This document shows positions 1 through 4,285 of a stretch of 4,285 bases of DNA, piece by piece (positions within the stretch are counted from its first letter, which is position 1; each line of letters starts with the position of its first letter). The position numbers and the translations under genes were made by a program. The stretch is taken from IMG/VR virus record IMGVR_UViG_2531839200_000014; one strand, 5' to 3'. Source of the DNA: a virus (lineage: Duplodnaviria; Heunggongvirae; Uroviricota; Caudoviricetes). The notes beneath the pieces were generated by a model that saw nothing but the letters and a program-made list of their open reading frames with translations, was not told the DNA's origin and searched no databases.

Positions 1-491
1 GTAAGCAGTCGTACGCAAAAGGTTCATCCATTGCACTGGTCAGCCAGGTTGAGTTCTCAACCTCGTCATGGCGCCGCGCGGTTCTGTCTCTCGAAGAACA
101 TCAGAAAGCGTGGTTGCTGTGGAGTTACAGCGAAAGTGTTCGCTGGGAACATCAGGTCACCATAACGCAGTGGGCATGGAGCGAGTTTAAGACTCTGTTG
201 GGTACCAGGAAAATTGCAGGTAAGACACTGGAACGTTTGAAGAAGTTGATCTGGCTGGCGGCACAGGATGTGAAGAACGAGCTGGCAGGGCGTAAGACCT
301 ATGAATACCAGGAGCTGGCATCACTGGTGGGAGTGACATCAAAAAACTGGTCTGAGACATTTACTGAACGCTGGGTTGCAATGAAACACATTTTTCTACA
401 GCTTGATAGCCAAGCTTTATTGCTTTTAACGAAAACACGTTCAAAACAAAAGACCACATTTTCACAGCAAGATATTGCAAAACTGGATTAA
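1..491 (+). CDS. Probable late-gene antiterminator (Q-like), C-terminal portion; 5' end lies outside the window
   Basis: Seen: the frame of the listed 114..491 ORF stays open back to the window edge (no stop from nt 3 to 488; TAA at 489-491), and the listed 'M' at 114 is actually TTG, so the real start is upstream of the window. Inference: it sits directly upstream of a promoter/terminator region and the holin-endolysin-Rz cassette, the canonical position of Q in lambdoid phages. The sequence does not resemble lambda Q as I recall it, so it would belong to another Q family. Identity is by synteny only. Confidence 0.45.
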   Translation, partial: KQSYAKGSSIALVSQVEFSTSSWRRAVLSLEEHQKAWLLWSYSESVRWEHQVTITQWAWSEFKTLLGTRKIAGKTLERLKKLIWLAAQDVKNELAGRKTYEYQELASLVGVTSKNWSETFTERWVAMKHIFLQLDSQALLLLTKTRSKQKTTFSQQDIAKLD

Positions 492-503
492 AAATCATAT
501 ATT
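475..503 (+). promoter_or_regulatory. Candidate sigma70 late promoter (PR'-like): TTGCAA - 17 bp - TATATT
   Basis: Seen: TTGCAA at 475-480 and TATATT at 498-503 with a 17-bp spacer, overlapping the end of the Q-like ORF and followed by terminator hairpins, the same arrangement as PR'/qut/tR' in lambdoid phages. Motif-based only; no transcript data. Confidence 0.3.
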
Positions 504-558
504 TTATGTAAATCTGATATTTTGCCAATGTTGTACGCACTGGCAGTAATCCAAATTC

Positions 559-593
559 AAGCCCGAGGTTTAAAGCCTTGGGCTTTTCTGTTT
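559..593 (+). terminator. Intrinsic terminator-like hairpin (10-bp stem with one G-U, 7-nt loop) followed by a T-rich tract
   Basis: Seen: AAGCCCGAGG (559-568) pairs with CCTTGGGCTT (576-585), loop TTTAAAG, then TTCTGTTTCTG. It lies about 55 nt downstream of the candidate promoter, so it could be a Q-modifiable pause/terminator. Confidence 0.4.
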
Positions 594-672
594 CTGAACG
601 GTGAGTAGCCTTCCAACCTACCCCAGCCAGGGGGTCTTCAGCTGTTGAGTTGATATTGCTTAGCCCTCTGTT

Positions 673-698
673 GCCAGCTACATGCTGGCTTTTTTATT
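673..698 (+). terminator. Intrinsic terminator (tR'-like): GC-rich 6-bp stem, 5-nt loop, T6 run
   Basis: Seen: GCCAGC (673-678), loop TACAT, GCTGGC (684-689), then TTTTTTATT (690-698). Its position about 190 nt downstream of the candidate late promoter is comparable to the short constitutive late transcript of lambda (6S RNA) ending at tR'. Confidence 0.55.
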
Positions 699-800
699 CC
701 AGGCTTGTGGGGAGCATCAACTCCGTGCTTTGTCGTTAAATTACCCCGTGAGCCTGATTTCTGACATTTAACGTCCCGGCCTTTTGTCGGCGGCGAAACA

Positions 801-1118
801 TTGGCTATTCATATGCACGAAAAAGAGAGCCTTGCCGGAGCGTTCTGGCTCGTTTTGCTGATCATCGCAGGTTGGGGCGGTCTGGTCCGCTACCTGATAG
901 ATGTGAAGCAGAGTAAAGCAACGTGGAGTTGGATAAATGCTCTGGCTCAAATAGTGGTATCAGGATTCACCGGTGTTATTGGTGGCCTGATCAGCATCGA
1001 AAGTGGATTCAGTATTTACATGATTCTCGCGACAGCGGGGATTAGTGGTGCGATGGGTTCGGTTGCACTGACGTACTTCTGGGAACGACTGACAGGGGTG
1101 AAAAATGCAAAATCTTAA
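801..1118 (+). CDS. Holin (class I-like, three predicted TMDs); not lambda S
   Basis: Seen: 105-aa ORF (101 aa if the ATG at 813 is used; 801 is TTG) with three hydrophobic segments (AGAFWLVLLIIAGWGGLV, WINALAQIVVSGFTGVIGGLISI, FSIYMILATAGISGAMGSVALTYFW) and a charged C-terminal tail. It ends 14 nt inside the start of the endolysin gene, the typical holin-endolysin overlap. The sequence is unlike lambda S or S21 as I recall them. Confidence 0.75.
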   Translation: MAIHMHEKESLAGAFWLVLLIIAGWGGLVRYLIDVKQSKATWSWINALAQIVVSGFTGVIGGLISIESGFSIYMILATAGISGAMGSVALTYFWERLTGVKNAKS

Positions 1119-1581
1119 TCCTCAGCGTAAAGCCTTCCTCGATATGTTGGCGTGGTCAGAAGGAACGGATAACGGGCGACAACCGACACGTAACCACGGT
1201 TATGATGTTATTGTTGGCGGCGAACTGTTTACTGATTACTCCGATCACCCTCGCAAACTTGTCACGCTACACCCCAAACTCAAATCAACAGCCGCCGGAC
1301 GTTATCAGCTTCTTTCACGCTGGTGGGATGCTTACCGTAAACAGCTTGGTTTGAAAGACTTCTCCCCCAAAAGCCAGGACGCAGTGGCATTGCAGCAGAT
1401 TAAAGAGCGTGGTGCTTTACCTATGATTGATCGCGGTGATATCCGTCAGGCAATCGACCGTTGCAGTAATATCTGGGCTTCACTGCCGGGCGCTGGTTAT
1501 GGTCAGTTCGAGCATAAGGCTGACAGCCTGATTGCAAAATTCAAAGAAGCTGGCGGAACGGTCAGAGAGAGTGAGGTATGA
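1105..1581 (+). CDS. R: Endolysin R (lambda-type lytic transglycosylase), 158 aa
   Basis: The protein (…[48 protein letters not shown]…[51 protein letters not shown]…) matches my recollection of lambda R almost throughout, with minor differences at the N and C termini. Start overlaps the holin end; stop overlaps the Rz start (ATGA at 1578-1581). Confidence 0.95.
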   Translation: MQNLNPQRKAFLDMLAWSEGTDNGRQPTRNHGYDVIVGGELFTDYSDHPRKLVTLHPKLKSTAAGRYQLLSRWWDAYRKQLGLKDFSPKSQDAVALQQIKERGALPMIDRGDIRQAIDRCSNIWASLPGAGYGQFEHKADSLIAKFKEAGGTVRESEV

Positions 1582-2039
1582 GCAGAATAACCGCGATTAT
1601 CTCCGCTCTGCTCATCTGCATCATCGTCTGCCTGTCATGGGCTGTTAATCATTACCGTGATAACGCCATTACCTACAAAGCCCAGCGCGACAAAAATGCC
1701 AGAGAACTGAAGCTGGCGAACGTGGCAATTACTGACATGCAGATGCGTCAGCGTGATGTTGCTGCGCTCGATGCAAAATACACGAAGGAGTTAGCTGATG
1801 CGAAAGCTGAAAATGATGCTCTGCGTGATGATGTTGCCGCTGGTCGTCGTCGGTTGCACATCAAAGCAGTCTGTCAGTCAGTGCGTGAAGCCACCACCGC
1901 CTCCGGCGTGGATAATGCAGCCTCCCCCCGACTGGCAGACACCGCTGAACGGGATTATTTCACCCTCAGAGAGAGGCTGATCACTATGCAAAAACAACTG
2001 GAAGGAACCCAGAAGTATATTAATGAGCAGTGCAGATAG
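1578..2039 (+). CDS. Rz: Rz spanin (inner-membrane subunit, i-spanin), 153 aa
   Basis: N-terminal TM segment ([20 protein letters not shown]) followed by a coiled-coil-like periplasmic domain; the sequence closely matches lambda Rz as recalled. Translationally coupled to R by the ATGA overlap. Confidence 0.93.
   Translation: MSRITAIISALLICIIVCLSWAVNHYRDNAITYKAQRDKNARELKLANVAITDMQMRQRDVAALDAKYTKELADAKAENDALRDDVAAGRRRLHIKAVCQSVREATTASGVDNAASPRLADTAERDYFTLRERLITMQKQLEGTQKYINEQCR
1798..1980 (+). CDS. Rz1: Rz1 spanin (outer-membrane lipoprotein, o-spanin), embedded in the +1 frame of Rz
   Basis: 60-aa ORF lying wholly inside Rz in another frame. It has a signal peptide with lipobox VVGC ([20 protein letters not shown]) and a proline-rich mature part ([13 protein letters not shown]), matching lambda Rz1. 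Confidence 0.88.
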   Translation: MRKLKMMLCVMMLPLVVVGCTSKQSVSQCVKPPPPPAWIMQPPPDWQTPLNGIISPSERG

Positions 2040-2040
2040 A

Positions 2041-2062
2041 GCTGCCCATATCGATGGGCAGC
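2041..2062. terminator. Hairpin between the convergent Rz and bor stops (8-bp stem, 6-nt loop); possible bor terminator
   Basis: Seen: GCTGCCCA (2041-2048), loop TATCGA, TGGGCAGC (2055-2062), a perfect inverted repeat, located 2 nt after the Rz stop and 8 nt after the bor stop. Flanking U-tracts are weak on both strands, so terminator function is uncertain. Confidence 0.35.
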
Positions 2063-2070
2063 TCATGCAA

Positions 2071-2364
2071 TTATTGTGAGCAATACACACGCGCTTCCAG
2101 CGGAGTATAAATGCCTAAAGTAATAAAACCGAGCAATCCATTTACGAATGTTTGCTGGGTTTCTGTTTTAACAACATTTTCTGCGCCGCCACAAATTTTA
2201 GCTGCATCGACAGTTTTCTTCTGCCCAATTCCAGAGACGAAGAAATGGTGGGTGATGGTTTCCTTTGGTGTTACTGCTGCCGGTTTGTTTTGAACAGTAA
2301 ACGTCTGTTGGGCACATCCTGTAATAAGCAGGGCCAGCGCAGTAGCGAGTAGCATTTTTTTCAT
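2071..2364 (-). CDS. bor: Bor lipoprotein (lambda bor family; outer-membrane serum-resistance lipoprotein), 97 aa
   Basis: The protein MKKMLLATALALLITGC…ETITHHFFVSGIGQKKTVDAAKICGGAENVVKTETQQTFVNGLLGFITLGIYTPLEARVYCSQ matches lambda Bor as recalled. Lipoprotein signal with lipobox LITGC. It lies convergent to Rz, as in lambda. Confidence 0.93.
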   Translation of the reverse strand: MKKMLLATALALLITGCAQQTFTVQNKPAAVTPKETITHHFFVSGIGQKKTVDAAKICGGAENVVKTETQQTFVNGLLGFITLGIYTPLEARVYCSQ

Positions 2365-2497
2365 GGTGTTATTCCCGATGCTTTTTAAAGTTCGCAGAAT
2401 CGTATGTGTAGAAAATTAAACAAACCCTAAACAATGAGTTGAAATCTCATATTGTTAATATTTATTAATGTATGTCAGATGCGAAGGATCGTCACTG

Positions 2498-2563
2498 TAT
2501 TCCCGGATTAACTATGTCCGCAGCCCTGACAGGGAAACTCCTCTGCGGGAGTGTCCGGGAATA
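2498..2563. repeat. Nested inverted repeat / palindromic element in the intergenic region upstream of bor
   Basis: Seen: outer perfect 10-bp arms TATTCCCGGA (2498-2507) and TCCGGGAATA (2554-2563); inner arms CCGCAG (2518-2523) and CTGCGG (2543-2548); central palindrome CCCTG-A-CAGGG (2524-2534). No flanking T/A run, so it is not a canonical intrinsic terminator. Confidence 0.5.
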
Positions 2564-2655
2564 ATTAATAACGATGCACACAGGGTTTAGCGCGTACACG
2601 TATTGCATTATGCCAACGCCCCGGTGCTGACACGGAAGAAACCGGACGTGATGAT

Positions 2656-3066
2656 TTAGCGTGGAAAGATTTGTGTAGTGTTCTGAATGCTCTCAGTAAA
2701 TAGTAATGAATTATCAAAGGCATAGTAATATCTTTTATGTTCGTGGATATTTGTAACCCATCGGAAAACTCCTGCTTTAGCAAGATTTTCCCTGTATTGC
2801 TGAAATGTGATTTCTCTTGATTTCAACCTATCATAGGACGTTTCTATAAGATGCGTATTTCTTGAGAATTTAACATTCACAACCTTTTTAAGTCCTTTTA
2901 TTAACACAGTGTTATCGTTTTCTAACACAATGTGAATATTATCTGTGGCTAGATAGTAAATATAATGTGAGACATTGTGACGTTTTAGTTCAGAATAAAA
3001 CAATTCACAGTTTAAATCTTTTCGCACTTGATCGAATATTTCTTTAAAAATGGCAACCTGAGCCAT
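2656..3066 (-). CDS. Lambdap78 / YbcV-like (DUF1398-type) moron protein; 136 aa from the ATG at 3066, possible N-terminal extension to a TTG at 3189 (177 aa)
   Basis: Seen: the ORF is open from 3189 to 2656 on the minus strand. The codon at 3189 is TTG immediately after an in-frame stop, whereas the ATG at 3066 is preceded by GGAAGG about 8 nt upstream, a good RBS. Strongly AT-rich relative to the lysis genes. Its position and orientation (immediately rightward of bor, same strand) match the lambdap78/ybcV slot in lambda and DLP12-like prophages. Identification is by synteny and size. Confidence 0.7.
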   Translation of the reverse strand: MAQVAIFKEIFDQVRKDLNCELFYSELKRHNVSHYIYYLATDNIHIVLENDNTVLIKGLKKVVNVKFSRNTHLIETSYDRLKSREITFQQYRENLAKAGVFRWVTNIHEHKRYYYAFDNSLLFTESIQNTTQIFPR

Positions 3067-3351
3067 TGGTAAAACCTTCCATGTGATACGAGGGCGCGTA
3101 GTTTGCATTATCGTTTTTATCGTTTCAATCTGGTCTGACCTCTTTGTGTTTTGTTGATGATTTATGTCAAATATTAGGAATGTTTTCAATTAATAGTATT
3201 GGTTGCGTAACAAAGTGCGGTCCTGCTGGCATTCTGGAGGGAAATACAACCGACAGATGTATGTAAGGCCAACGTGCTCAAATCTTCATACAGAAAGATT
3301 TGAAGTAATATTTTAACCGCTAGATGAAGAGCAAGCGCATGGAGCGACAAA

Positions 3352-3558
3352 ATGAATAAAGAACAATCTGCTGATGATCCCTCCGTGGATCTGATTCGTG
3401 TAAAAAATATGCTTAATAGCACCATTTCTATGAGTTACCCTGATGTTGTAATTGCATGTATAGAACATAAGGTGTCTCTGGAAGCATTCAGGGCAATTGA
3501 GGCAGCGTTGGTGAAGCACGATAATAATATGAAGGATTATTCCCTGGTGGTTGACTGA
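3352..3558 (+). CDS. Lambdap79 / YbcW-like small protein, 68 aa
   Basis: ATG at 3352 is preceded by GGAG about 7 nt upstream. The 68-aa length and its divergent position relative to the p78-like gene match the lambdap79/ybcW slot. Function unknown. Confidence 0.75.
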
Positions 3559-3722
3559 TCACCATAACTGCTAATCATTCAAACTACTTAACCTGTGACA
3601 GAGCCAACACGCAGTCTGTCACTGTCAGGAAAGTGGTAAAACTGCAACTCAATTACTGCAATGCCCTCGTAATTAAGTGAATTTACAATATCGTCCTGTT
3701 CGGAGGGAAGAACGCGGGATGT

Positions 3723-3917
3723 TCATTCTTCATCACTTTTAATTGATGTATATGCTCTCTTTTCTGACGTTAGCCTCCGACGGCAGGCTTCAATGACCCA
3801 GGCTGAGAAATTTCCGGACCCTTTTTGATCAAGAGCGATGTTAATTTGTTCAATCATTTGGTTAGGAAAGCGGATGTTGCGGGTTGTTGTTCTGCGGGTT
3901 CTGTTCTTCGTTGACAT
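3723..3917 (-). CDS. Small ribbon-helix-helix-like protein (YlcI/DUF3950-like), 64 aa
   Basis: 64-aa ORF with a basic N-terminus (TKNRTRRTTTR) followed by a beta-strand/helix/helix pattern (NIRFPNQMIEQINIALDQKGSGNFSAWVIEACRRRL) typical of CopG/Arc-type RHH DNA-binding proteins. It occupies the position of ylcI in DLP12-type prophages, between the ybcW-like gene and the packaging region. Confidence 0.65.
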   Translation of the reverse strand: MSTKNRTRRTTTRNIRFPNQMIEQINIALDQKGSGNFSAWVIEACRRRLTSEKRAYTSIKSDEE

Positions 3918-3933
3918 GAGGTTGCCCCGTATT

Positions 3934-4285
3934 TGAACCGCCCCGGAAATCCTGGAGACTAAACTCCCTGAGAAAGAGGTAAACAGGATGACTAAAAATA
4001 CTCGTTTTTCCCCCGAGGTCCGTCAACGGGCAGTTCGTATGGTTCTGGAAAGTCAGGGCGAATATGACTCACAATGGGCGGCAATTTGTTCCATTGCCCC
4101 AAAGATTGGCTGTACACCAGAGACTCTGCGTGTGTGGGTTCGTCAGCATGAGCGGGATACCGGGAGTGGTGATGGTGGACTCACCACCGCTGAACGTCAG
4201 CGTCTGAAAGAGCTGGAACGTGAAAATCGTGAACTGCGCCGCAGTAACGATATCCTTCGCCAGGCTTCCGCTTATTTTGCGAAGG
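3934..4285 (+). mobile_element. IS3 insertion sequence, left end (partial; continues beyond the window)
   Basis: Left terminus beginning TGAACCGCCCCGG… at about 3934 (boundary placed from my recollection of the IS3 left inverted repeat), followed 54 nt later by the IS3 orfA start. The prophage sequence ends abruptly at this point. Confidence 0.8.
3988..4285 (+). CDS. insE: IS3 transposase OrfA (InsE-type HTH/leucine-zipper protein), 3'-partial
   Basis: Own translation from the ATG at 3988 (RBS AAGAGG 8 nt upstream): [99 protein letters not shown]…, which matches the IS3 OrfA sequence as I recall it. The ORF has no stop within the window, which is why it is absent from the supplied ORF track. 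Confidence 0.88.
   Translation, partial: MTKNTRFSPEVRQRAVRMVLESQGEYDSQWAAICSIAPKIGCTPETLRVWVRQHERDTGSGDGGLTTAERQRLKELERENRELRRSNDILRQASAYFAK

Noticed and set aside
492-800. tRNA or toxin (stx-like) genes between the Q-like gene and the holin, as in some lambdoid prophages
   Set aside because: The interval is only about 300 bp, is occupied by the promoter and terminator hairpins, and shows no tRNA cloverleaf signature or ORF.
801-815. Lambda-style dual-start (antiholin/holin) motif at the holin N-terminus
   Set aside because: The upstream candidate start is TTG with no clear RBS, and the extra residues (M-A-I-H) add no lysine or arginine, unlike the Met-Lys-Met motif of lambda S; the evidence is too weak to claim an antiholin isoform.
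768-950. 60-aa ORF on the minus strand
   Set aside because: It lies antisense within the holin gene and its upstream region, with no RBS or recognisable features; likely a chance ORF.
1878-2090. 70-aa ORF on the minus strand
   Set aside because: Antisense to the well-supported Rz/Rz1 genes; Gly/Cys-rich and low-complexity, typical of a spurious reverse-frame ORF.
2111-2352. Two 60-66 aa ORFs on the plus strand (2111..2293 and 2152..2352)
   Set aside because: Both are antisense to bor, which is strongly supported by sequence identity and its lipoprotein signal.
2565-2783. 72-aa ORF on the minus strand
   Set aside because: Overlaps the 3' end of the p78-like gene in another frame and extends into the palindrome-containing spacer; no RBS and no coding signal.
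3186-3519. 79-aa and 68-aa minus-strand ORFs (3186..3425 and 3313..3519)
   Set aside because: They overlap the divergent promoter region and lie antisense to the p79-like gene; the p79-like plus-strand ORF has a good RBS and matches the expected lambdoid gene, so these are treated as chance ORFs.
3559-3933. cos site (cosQ/cosN/cosB) at the right end of the lambda-like module
   Set aside because: No cosN-like GC-rich 12-nt cohesive-end sequence is recognisable here; cos is expected further right, at or beyond the IS3 insertion.

Overview
This window is the late/lysis region and right-end 'moron' cluster of a lambda-like (lambdoid) prophage, almost certainly enterobacterial (E. coli/Shigella type), cut off at its right side by an IS3 insertion. 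Reading left to right: the C-terminal part of a probable Q-like late antiterminator (5' end outside the window); a short intergenic region with a candidate late promoter (PR'-like) and two intrinsic terminator hairpins; a three-TMD holin that is not lambda S; then lambda-type R endolysin, Rz, and Rz1 embedded in Rz's +1 frame; the Bor lipoprotein gene on the opposite strand; an AT-rich block with a lambdap78/YbcV-like gene (minus strand) and a lambdap79/YbcW-like 68-aa gene (plus strand); a small ribbon-helix-helix YlcI-like gene (minus strand); and, from about nt 3934, the left end of an IS3 element with its orfA running off the window. Nothing here looks like a new multi-gene system. The points most worth follow-up are the IS3 disruption of the late operon, a 66-bp nested palindrome between bor and the p78-like gene, the mosaic holin, and the uncharacterised AT-rich morons. 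Identifications of R, Rz, Rz1, Bor and the IS3 OrfA rest on recalled protein sequences; all other calls rest on synteny, size and sequence features, and no database search was run.
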